NCBI GenBank assembly: GCA_031459535.1
Contig: JAVKIJ010000066.1
Coordinates: forward strand, 1 to 18,492
Length of the DNA stretch: 18,492 nt
Reading direction: 5' to 3'
DNA from: Candidatus Fervidifonticultor quintus
Lineage (GTDB): Bacteria; Sysuimicrobiota; Sysuimicrobiia; Sysuimicrobiales; Humicultoraceae
Under the pieces are notes generated by a model, which searched no databases, was not told where the DNA came from, and worked only from the letters and a program-made list of their open reading frames with translations. The translations under genes and the position numbers were made by a program. Below are positions 11,831 through 18,492 of this stretch, in pieces (the stretch's first letter is position 1; each line of letters opens with the position of its first letter).

Positions 11831-11936
11831 GGCCGCGGTGGTCGGGCTGCCGGCGCGGGAGCACCCTTGGACGGGGCGCGGGGTGATTCCTGCCCGGACA
11901 GGGAGCGCCCGACGGCCGGCGTATTGATTCTGCACG

Positions 11937-13058
11937 ATGCTGCGATACCTCACGGCAGGCGAATCCCATGGGCGGGCGCTGGTGGCCATCCTCGAGGGGA
12001 TGCCGGCGGGCCTGGCGATCGATGAGGCGTACATCAACGCCCAGATGGCCCGCCGGATGCTCGGCTACGGCCGGGGCGGACGGATGCAGATCGAGCAGGA
12101 CAGGGCAGAGATCGTCTCCGGCGTTCTGCGCGGCGAGACGATCGGTGCACCGGTGGCACTGTGGATCGGCAACCGGGACTGGCGCCCCGACGAGCCCGAC
12201 ATCACCAGGCCGCGCCCCGGCCACACGGACCTGGTCGGTGCCCTGAAGTACGGCTTCGACGAGGTGCGGCGCGTGCTGGAGCGATCCAGCGCCCGGGAAA
12301 CGGCCGCGCGGGTGGCCGTCGGCGCGGTGTGCAGAAGGCTGCTCGACGAGTTCGGTGTGTGCATCTTCAGCCATGTGACCGAGATCGGCGGCGTAGCCAT
12401 CGGGACCCGGCCCCCGCACTGGGAAGACATCCCGGCGCTGGCCGAGGCGTCGGCGGTGCGGTGTGTGGATCCCGAGGCCGCGGAGCGCATGAAGGCGGCG
12501 ATCGACGAGGCCGAGGGGCGGGGCGACACCCTGGGTGGCGTGTTCGAGGTGGTGGTGCTCGGCCTCCCGCCGGGTCTGGGCAGCTACGTGCACTGGGATC
12601 GCAAGATCGACGCGCGGCTGGCCGCGGCCCTCATGTCCATCAACGCCATCAAGGGCGTCGAGTTCGGGCTGGGATTCGAAGTGGCCCGCACGCCGGGCAG
12701 CCGCGCCCACGACGAGATCTTCTACGAACCGGGGAGGGGGTTCTACCGCCAGACGAATCGCTCCGGGGGCATCGAGGGCGGCACGACCACCGGTGACCCG
12801 CTGGTCGTGCGGGCGGCGATGAAGCCGCTCTCCACGCTTCGGACGCCGCTTCGCTCGGTGGACCTCAGGAGCAAGGAGACCGTCGAGGCCGTGGTCGTGC
12901 GCAGCGATGTCTGCGCGGTGCCGGCCGCGGGAGTCATCGGAGAGGCCATGGTGGCGTTCGTCCTGGCAGACGCGTTCCTCGAGAAGTTCGGTGGTGACGC
13001 CGTCGGCCCCATGCGCCTGGCCCACGCGCAGTACATGCAGGAAGTCCGGCGCACCTGA
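11937..13058 (+). CDS. aroC: Chorismate synthase
   Basis: MLRYLTAGESHG, GYGRGGRM, PRPGH, LERSSARETA, NRSGGIEGG, MKPLSTL and RSDVCAVPAA. Confidence 0.98.
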   Translation: MLRYLTAGESHGRALVAILEGMPAGLAIDEAYINAQMARRMLGYGRGGRMQIEQDRAEIVSGVLRGETIGAPVALWIGNRDWRPDEPDITRPRPGHTDLVGALKYGFDEVRRVLERSSARETAARVAVGAVCRRLLDEFGVCIFSHVTEIGGVAIGTRPPHWEDIPALAEASAVRCVDPEAAERMKAAIDEAEGRGDTLGGVFEVVVLGLPPGLGSYVHWDRKIDARLAAALMSINAIKGVEFGLGFEVARTPGSRAHDEIFYEPGRGFYRQTNRSGGIEGGTTTGDPLVVRAAMKPLSTLRTPLRSVDLRSKETVEAVVVRSDVCAVPAAGVIGEAMVAFVLADAFLEKFGGDAVGPMRLAHAQYMQEVRRT

Positions 13059-13075
13059 TTTGCGGGAGGGGATAC

Positions 13076-13645
13076 GTGCTCACGCTGATCGGCCACCGGG
13101 TGATCCTCCGCCAGATGCGGGTCGACGACGCCGCGTGGCTGGTGCGCGCTATGGGCCGAGGAGCGTGGTGGAAGCTCGAGTCACCGTGGGCTGGGCGGCC
13201 GGGCCCGGCGGAGCTGCGGCAGATCCCGCGGCAGGTTCGAGCGCTCGCCCGCGACCGGCGCCTGCCGCCCCAGCGCATGGTGATCGAGACGCGCGCCGGT
13301 CGCCCGGTGGGCACCGTCACGCGGTACTGGGCCGACGAGGGCACGGGATGGCTGGAGGTCGGCGTGGGCATCTATGATGCGCGACACTGGGGAAGGGGCT
13401 ACGGGTCTGAAGCCCTGGCCCTGTGGGTGGACCATCTGTTTGAGAGCCTGTCCCTGCGGCGCGTCGGCCTGCGAACCTGGAGCGGTAATCAGCGCATGAT
13501 GCGACTCGCTCGGCGGCTGGGGTTCGTCCAGGAGGCGGCATTTCGTGAGGCCTACGCGGCCAGGGGCCGGGTCTACGATCGCGTGGCTTTCGGTCTGCTG
13601 AGGCGCGAGTGGCTGCGCCTGCGGCGGGGCTGGCCGGTGTCGTGA
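13076..13645 (+). CDS. GNAT family N-acetyltransferase (RimJ/RimL-like)
   Basis: Acetyl-CoA motif WGRGYGSEAL, TWSGN.RM.RLA.RLGF.QE and GLLRREW; GTG start with GGAGG RBS. Confidence 0.88.
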   Translation: MLTLIGHRVILRQMRVDDAAWLVRAMGRGAWWKLESPWAGRPGPAELRQIPRQVRALARDRRLPPQRMVIETRAGRPVGTVTRYWADEGTGWLEVGVGIYDARHWGRGYGSEALALWVDHLFESLSLRRVGLRTWSGNQRMMRLARRLGFVQEAAFREAYAARGRVYDRVAFGLLRREWLRLRRGWPVS

Positions 13646-15234
13646 TGCGCGTCATCTCGCTGATTGGCGCCATGGGCTCAGGGAAGAGCGAGGTGGCCCG
13701 AGCCCTGGCCGCCCGGCTCGGCTGGCAGTTCTGCGACGCCGACGCCGTGATCGCGGCGCGCGCCGGTCGGTCTATTCCGGAGATCTTTCGGGAAGAGGGG
13801 GAGCCGCGCTTCCGGATGATGGAGCGCGCGGCGATCCGCGACGTGGTCCGGGGGCGCCATCGCGTGATCGCCACCGGCGGCGGCGCCGTGCTCTCCGCGC
13901 AGAACCGCCGCCTGCTGGTCGCGGCGGGTCCGGTGTTCTACCTGCGAGCGCCGATCCACGTCCTGCTCGACCGGATTGGTGCCGACCCCGGCCGGCCGCT
14001 CCTCGGGGATGACCCCCGGGCGTCTCTTGAGCGCCTGGTGGCGGAGCGCGAGCCGCTCTATGTGCAGACCGGGGAGCCTGTGGATGCGGCACGTCCGGTC
14101 GAGGCGGTGGTGGACGATATCCTGGACCGGCTGGCCCGCAGGATGCGTCGTGTCGTGCGCGTGGAGATAGGTGAGCGTTCGTACGATGTGCTGGTGGGCT
14201 CCGGCATCCTGTCCCTGTTGGGATTCGACCTCCAGCGGCTCGGGATCGGGGGGCGCGTTGCCCTGGTGACCCAGCGCCCATTGATGCGCCGGTTCGGCGC
14301 GCAGGTGACTCGGGCGCTGGAGGGATGGGGGCTGGTTGTGCACCCCATGCTGGTGCCGCTCGGTGAGCGGGCCAAGAGCCTACGGCAGGCCTCGGCCCTG
14401 ATCGACGTGATGGGGGAGGCCGGGTTCGGGCGCAGCGACGCCATCATTGCCATGGGCGGCGGTGTGGTCGGCGACTTGGCCGGGTTCGCGGCCGGCATCT
14501 ACATGCGGGGAGTCCCGCTGATTCACGTCCCGACCACCCTGCTGGCGCAGATCGACAGCAGCATCGGTGGGAAGACCGCGGTCAACCACCCGCGGGCCAA
14601 GAACCTGGTCGGCGTGTTCCACCAGCCAGCGCTGGTTGCGGCCGACCTGGAGGTGCTGGGCTCGTTGCCACCGCGCGAGCGGCGCGCCGGGATGGCGGAG
14701 GCCGTGAAGTACGGGATGATTCTCGATCGGGATCTGTTCGAGTGGCTGGAACACAACCAGGCGGCGGGCAGTCTCGATGGGACCACGGCGCTTGAGGAGA
14801 TGGTGTTTCGCTGCGCGGCGCTCAAGGCGCGCGTCGTGTCGGCCGACGAGTTCGAGCGTGGCCCGCGCGAGGTGCTCAACTACGGGCACACCGTCGGGCA
14901 TGCCATCGAGGCGGCCATGCCCGGGCAGTTCGTGCACGGTGAAGCGATCAGCGTCGGCATGCGCGTCGAGGGCCAGGTGGCCGTGCGCCTGCACCTGTTC
15001 GACGCCGAGGATGCCAATCGACAGGATGCCTTGCTGGACGCCCTGGGGCTGCCGATCACCCTGCCGCGGGGCCCGGTGGAGCCGCTCATGGCAGCTATGC
15101 GGCTGGACAAGAAGCGCCGCGACGGCAGGATTCGGTGTACGCTCCCAGAAGGCATCGGCCGGGCGCGCCTGGGCGTGGAGGTGCCCGAGTCCCTGATGCA
15201 GGAGGTCATCAGCGCGTGCCAAGGATCCTCGTGA
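13645..15234 (+). CDS. aroKB: Bifunctional shikimate kinase / 3-dehydroquinate synthase (AroK-AroB fusion)
   Basis: Kinase domain: GAMGSGKS, IFREEGEPRFR, ATGGG, RPLL. Synthase domain: GGGVVGDLAGF, PTTLLAQIDSSIGGK, KNLVG, LNYGHT.GH..E, HGEA. Single frame; TGATG overlap with the GNAT stop. Confidence 0.95.
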   Translation: MRVISLIGAMGSGKSEVARALAARLGWQFCDADAVIAARAGRSIPEIFREEGEPRFRMMERAAIRDVVRGRHRVIATGGGAVLSAQNRRLLVAAGPVFYLRAPIHVLLDRIGADPGRPLLGDDPRASLERLVAEREPLYVQTGEPVDAARPVEAVVDDILDRLARRMRRVVRVEIGERSYDVLVGSGILSLLGFDLQRLGIGGRVALVTQRPLMRRFGAQVTRALEGWGLVVHPMLVPLGERAKSLRQASALIDVMGEAGFGRSDAIIAMGGGVVGDLAGFAAGIYMRGVPLIHVPTTLLAQIDSSIGGKTAVNHPRAKNLVGVFHQPALVAADLEVLGSLPPRERRAGMAEAVKYGMILDRDLFEWLEHNQAAGSLDGTTALEEMVFRCAALKARVVSADEFERGPREVLNYGHTVGHAIEAAMPGQFVHGEAISVGMRVEGQVAVRLHLFDAEDANRQDALLDALGLPITLPRGPVEPLMAAMRLDKKRRDGRIRCTLPEGIGRARLGVEVPESLMQEVISACQGSS

Positions 15235-15662
15235 TGTACGGGCCCAATCTCAACCTGCTGGGCAGCCGTGAGCCGCATCTGTACGGGCAGTTGAGCCTCG
15301 AGGAGATCAACGGCCGGGTCTGGGCCGCCGCGCAGGCCGCCGGGATCGAGGTGGAGTTCTTCCAGTCTAATCACGAGGGTGCCCTGATCGACCGGCTGCA
15401 CGAGGCGCGCGCTACCTGCCAGGCTGTCGTCCTCAATCCGGGAGGCCTGGGGCACACCAGCGTGGCGCTGCGCGACGCCATCGCGGCCGTTGGCATTCCG
15501 GTCGTCGAGTGCCACCTCTCGCACCTGGCACGCCGCGAGGAGTTCCGCCAGCGTTCGCTGATCAGCGAGGTCTGTGCCGGCGTCATCTTCGGGTTCGGTC
15601 CGGAGAGCATGGTGCTCGGTCTGCGGGCCGCCCTGGCCGTGATCGAGCAGGACCGGCGGTAG
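15216..15662 (+). CDS. aroQ: Type II 3-dehydroquinate dehydratase
   Basis: GPNLNLLGSREPHLYG, QSNHEG, LNPGG..HTSVALRDA and VECHLS...REEFR; GTG start at 15216 with GGAGG upstream. Confidence 0.96.
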   Translation: MPRILVMYGPNLNLLGSREPHLYGQLSLEEINGRVWAAAQAAGIEVEFFQSNHEGALIDRLHEARATCQAVVLNPGGLGHTSVALRDAIAAVGIPVVECHLSHLARREEFRQRSLISEVCAGVIFGFGPESMVLGLRAALAVIEQDRR

Positions 15663-15667
15663 ACACG

Positions 15668-16042
15668 ATGCACGTCCGAGGCATTCGCGGCGCCACCACG
15701 GCCGAGACCAATAGCGCCGAGGCCATTCTGGATGCCACCCGGGAGCTGCTCGTCGAGATGGCGCGCGCCAACGGTGTCGCTCCCCACGAGATCGCAGCGG
15801 CGTTTTTTGCCTCGACCCCCGATCTCACCGCCGCCTACCCGGCGGAAGCCGCGCGGCGCCTGGGCTGGACGGCAGTGCCGCTGCTCTCGTTTGCCGACGT
15901 CGACGTCCCCGGGGCACTGGGGCGGTGCATCCGCATCTTGCTGCTCTGGAACACGTCTCGTGCCCAGGACGAGATCGTCCACGTGTACCTCCGGGGCGCG
16001 ACGGGGCTCCGCCCGGACCTGAACTACCGCCATCAGGGCTGA
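15668..16042 (+). CDS. aroH: Chorismate mutase, AroH class
   Basis: VRGIRGATT, TPDL.A.YPA.AAR, RCIRIL and HVYLRGA..LRPDL; ATG at 15668. Confidence 0.93.
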   Translation: MHVRGIRGATTAETNSAEAILDATRELLVEMARANGVAPHEIAAAFFASTPDLTAAYPAEAARRLGWTAVPLLSFADVDVPGALGRCIRILLLWNTSRAQDEIVHVYLRGATGLRPDLNYRHQG

Positions 16043-16058
16043 GACGCCACTGCGCACC

Positions 16059-17378
16059 ATGGGCTCGCCGCCCGCCGTCCGACAGATCGTTCCACTGCCC
16101 GGCCCGCCGGACGCCATCATCCCCGTCCCGGGCTCCCGGAGCCTGACCAACCGGGCCCTCCTGGTGGCGGCCCTGGCCGATGGGCAGTCACGCCTGGCCA
16201 ACACCCTGTTCAGCGACGACACCGCGGTGATGGTGGACTCGCTGCGCCGCCTCGGCTTTCATGTCGAGGTGGACGAGCGCACGGAGCGCATGACCGTCAG
16301 CGGTCGGGGCGGTGACATTCCGGCCGCGTCAGCGGACCTGTTTGTGGGAGGGGCTGGGACGGCCGCCCGGTTCCTGACGGCGATGGTGTGTTTGGGTACC
16401 GGGGAGTACCGGATCGACGGGATCGCCCGGATGCGCCAGCGCCCCGTCGGCGATCTGGTGGAGGCCCTGAATCAGCTCGGGGCCTCGGTGGTGGCCACGA
16501 ACGGGTCGCTGCCGGTGGCAGTGGCCGCTCGCGGCCTGCGCGGCGGGCGCGCGACCGTGCGGGGTGCTGTCAGTAGCCAGTTCCTCTCGGCCTTGCTGAT
16601 GGTCGCACCGTACGCGGCCGGCGACGTGGAGCTCGTGGTGGAAGGCCCCCTCGTAGCCGCGCCCTACGTGGAGATGACGCTATCGGTCATGGCGGCGTTC
16701 GGTGTCGAGGTGCGCCAGGAGAACCTGCGTCGGTTCTGGGTTGCAGCGGGGCGGCGCTATGGCGCCCGAGAGTACGCGGTGGAGCCGGATGCCAGCGGCG
16801 CGGCGTACCTGTTTGCGGCCGCGGCGGTCACCGGCGGCCGCGTGATCGTGCCTGGCCTGTCGGATGCCTCGCTGCAGGGCGACGTCCGGTTCGTGGACGT
16901 GTTGGAGCAGATGGGGTGCTACATCGACCGCCGGGCCGATGGGCTCGGGGTGCAGGGCGGCGGCGTGCTGCGCGGCGTGGATGTGGACCTGGGGGCCATG
17001 AGCGATCAGGCCGTGACCCTGGCGGCCATCGCGCCGTTCGCCGCGGGCCCGACCCGCATCCGCGGGGTCGGGCACATCCGCTATCAGGAGTCCGACCGGC
17101 TCACGGCCGCCGCGGCGGAACTGCGTCGGCTCGGCCAGGAGGTCGAGGTGCTGGAAGACGGTCTGGTGGTCACGCCGAGACCGTGGCGGCCGGCGGTGGT
17201 CCAGACCTACAGCGATCACCGCATCGCCATGGCGTTTGCGGTCGCGGGACTGCGCGCGCCCGGGATCGCCATCGCCGACCCCGGGTGCGTGACGAAGACG
17301 TTTCCGGACTTCTTCGACCGGCTGGAGCGCCTGCGCGGCGCGGTCCGCCGGCCCGGTCGCCGCCCTGGCGGTGGCTAA
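16059..17378 (+). CDS. aroA: 3-phosphoshikimate 1-carboxyvinyltransferase (EPSP synthase)
   Basis: PGSRSLTNRA, AGTAARF, RMRQRP, SSQFLSALL, ESDRL, DHRIAM and CVTKTFPDFF. Confidence 0.96.
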   Translation: MGSPPAVRQIVPLPGPPDAIIPVPGSRSLTNRALLVAALADGQSRLANTLFSDDTAVMVDSLRRLGFHVEVDERTERMTVSGRGGDIPAASADLFVGGAGTAARFLTAMVCLGTGEYRIDGIARMRQRPVGDLVEALNQLGASVVATNGSLPVAVAARGLRGGRATVRGAVSSQFLSALLMVAPYAAGDVELVVEGPLVAAPYVEMTLSVMAAFGVEVRQENLRRFWVAAGRRYGAREYAVEPDASGAAYLFAAAAVTGGRVIVPGLSDASLQGDVRFVDVLEQMGCYIDRRADGLGVQGGGVLRGVDVDLGAMSDQAVTLAAIAPFAAGPTRIRGVGHIRYQESDRLTAAAAELRRLGQEVEVLEDGLVVTPRPWRPAVVQTYSDHRIAMAFAVAGLRAPGIAIADPGCVTKTFPDFFDRLERLRGAVRRPGRRPGGG

Positions 17379-17524
17379 CTGGCCTTGGCCTCGGCGGGCT
17401 TAAAGGTAAACCGGGTGCCGCAGTTCTTGCAGCGCCACTTCTGATTCCCCTGCTCGTCGACGCCCTGGTACTCGATGTGCGTGCTCTTGCACCCAGGACA
17501 CCGGGATGCACCCTTCATGCCCAT
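17375..17524 (-). CDS. 49-aa zinc-ribbon microprotein (CPxC-x19-CxxC), not in the ORF track
   Basis: My translation: MGMKGASRCPGCKSTHIEYQGVDEQGNQKWRCKNCGTRFTFKPAEAKAS*. GAGGGGG RBS 6 nt before the ATG; most codons end in G/C; its stop overlaps the aroA stop. Confidence 0.8.
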   Translation of the reverse strand: MGMKGASRCPGCKSTHIEYQGVDEQGNQKWRCKNCGTRFTFKPAEAKAS

Positions 17525-17623
17525 GGCCGTCCCCCTCTATGGCCCTTCCCGTCACCCCCATCGTCGCCGGTTCTAGCGCGCCGTGCATCGGGTATAGACC
17601 GGATGGCTGCCCGGGCGCCCTTC

Positions 17624-18328
17624 TCAGAGATAGTGCGGGATCGCCTCCCGCCACAGCGGCCAGTCGTGTGTCCGCCCCCACCAGATCGCCAGCTCGTTGG
17701 GTACGGCTTTCGCGGTCAGCACCTCGGAGACGAGCCGGGTAGAGGTCAAGGCGATGTCGTGCTCACCGGAGAGCAGGACGATCTGCATCTGTCGCATGGG
17801 CGTCAGATACGCCTCATCGGTCAGGCCGGGGAGATAATCGACAGGGCAGTTGAAGTAGACGTCATCGTCATAGTAGCCGTCGAGGAATCCCTTGATGTCA
17901 TAGCGGCCTGAGAGGGCCACCAGCTTGGCGAACAGTGCCGGGTATCGGAATGCCAGGTTGACGGCGTGGAAGGCGCCGAACGACGTGCCCGTCACGATCA
18001 ACGGCCCGGAGTTGCGCTCGCGGATGAACGGGATGTACTCGTTTACGATGTAGCGTTCGTAGTCCAGGTGCCGCAGCACCCGCTGCCGCGGCGCCACGGC
18101 CCGGTTGTACCATGACTCGGCGTCCACGCTGTCGGGACAGAAGAGCTGAATGAAGCCGGCTTCGATCTTGGCCTCCACGGCCGCCACCATGCCGAAGTCC
18201 TCGTACTGATAGAAACGCCCCATGGTGGTCGGGAACACCAGGACGGGCGCGCCGGCGTGCCCGAAGACCAGCGTCTCCATGGACCGGCCGAGGTGGGGAC
18301 TGACCCAGTGGTGGTACTCGCGGTTCAT
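17624..18328 (-). CDS. Alpha/beta-hydrolase fold esterase family protein
   Basis: MNREYHHWVSPHLGRSMETLVFGHAG N-terminus, nucleophile elbow GTSFG, candidate catalytic Asp (GEHD) and His (THDWPLW). Confidence 0.87.
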   Translation of the reverse strand: MNREYHHWVSPHLGRSMETLVFGHAGAPVLVFPTTMGRFYQYEDFGMVAAVEAKIEAGFIQLFCPDSVDAESWYNRAVAPRQRVLRHLDYERYIVNEYIPFIRERNSGPLIVTGTSFGAFHAVNLAFRYPALFAKLVALSGRYDIKGFLDGYYDDDVYFNCPVDYLPGLTDEAYLTPMRQMQIVLLSGEHDIALTSTRLVSEVLTAKAVPNELAIWWGRTHDWPLWREAIPHYL

Positions 18329-18374
18329 GGGTATAGGGCTTTGCCTCCGGCGCGGCGCGATTCCTGCCGGCTAG

Positions 18375-18492
18375 GAGCCTGTCCGAGAAATCGGTCTTGG
18401 ACAGGACTTTAGTGCGCTAAAGTCGAATCGTTGTCCATGCCGACCAAAGAGTACCGTCCCTACAGTCCGCATCAGCTCCTGATCCTCCCGCC
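18375..18492 (+). mobile_element. Left end of an insertion sequence, probably IS1182 family (truncated by window)
   Basis: CTAG (18371-18374) followed by candidate terminal IR GAGCCTGTCCGAGAAAT; GC content drops; a transposase-like ORF starts 62 nt inside. Confidence 0.65.
18437..18492 (+). CDS. Transposase N-terminus (IS1182-like), 3' truncated by window
   Basis: MPTKEYRPYSPHQLLILP(P) resembles the IS1182-type start (F/Y)(K/R)PY...Q..LLPPSL; only about 18 codons visible. Confidence 0.65.
   Translation, partial: MPTKEYRPYSPHQLLILP

Noticed and set aside
11831..11936. T-box riboswitch, SRP RNA or tRNA upstream of aroC
   Set aside because: GGGTGATTCC does not match the T-box core GGTGGNACC, the region is too short, and there is no terminator, SRP motif or cloverleaf.
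17400..17681. 93-aa minus-strand ORF in the track
   Set aside because: Overlaps the esterase end and has no motifs; the 49-aa frame at 17375-17524 has the RBS and Cys pattern.
17589..18336. CTATACCC 8-mer on the minus strand upstream of both the esterase and the microprotein
   Set aside because: Only two short copies at inconsistent distances from the start codons; cannot be separated from chance.

Overview
High-GC (roughly 70% by eye) bacterial chromosomal window, mostly core genes, probably just downstream of dnaA/oriC. On the + strand: 3' end of dnaN, yaaA (S4 domain), recF, a DUF721/DciA-like gene, remB-like, gyrB and gyrA, then a small PDZ-less M50 site-2 protease coupled to gyrA and a DinB-family protein. 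A convergent minus-strand family-5 peptide ABC module follows (two permeases and a binding protein, no ATPase). Next come an internally deleted histidine phosphatase and a shikimate cluster (aroC, GNAT, aroK-aroB fusion, aroQ, aroH, aroA). The window ends with a 49-aa zinc-ribbon microprotein missing from the ORF track, an alpha/beta-hydrolase esterase and the left end of a probable IS1182-family element. I see no CRISPR array, RNA gene, prophage or defence system, and no clear-cut novel system. The best leads are a gyrase with non-canonical residues at four classical quinolone-resistance positions, a near-consensus gyrB promoter followed directly by a terminator-like hairpin, the mini-RseP coupled to gyrA and the stand-alone zinc-ribbon microprotein. 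All family calls come from motif recognition by eye; no searches were run.
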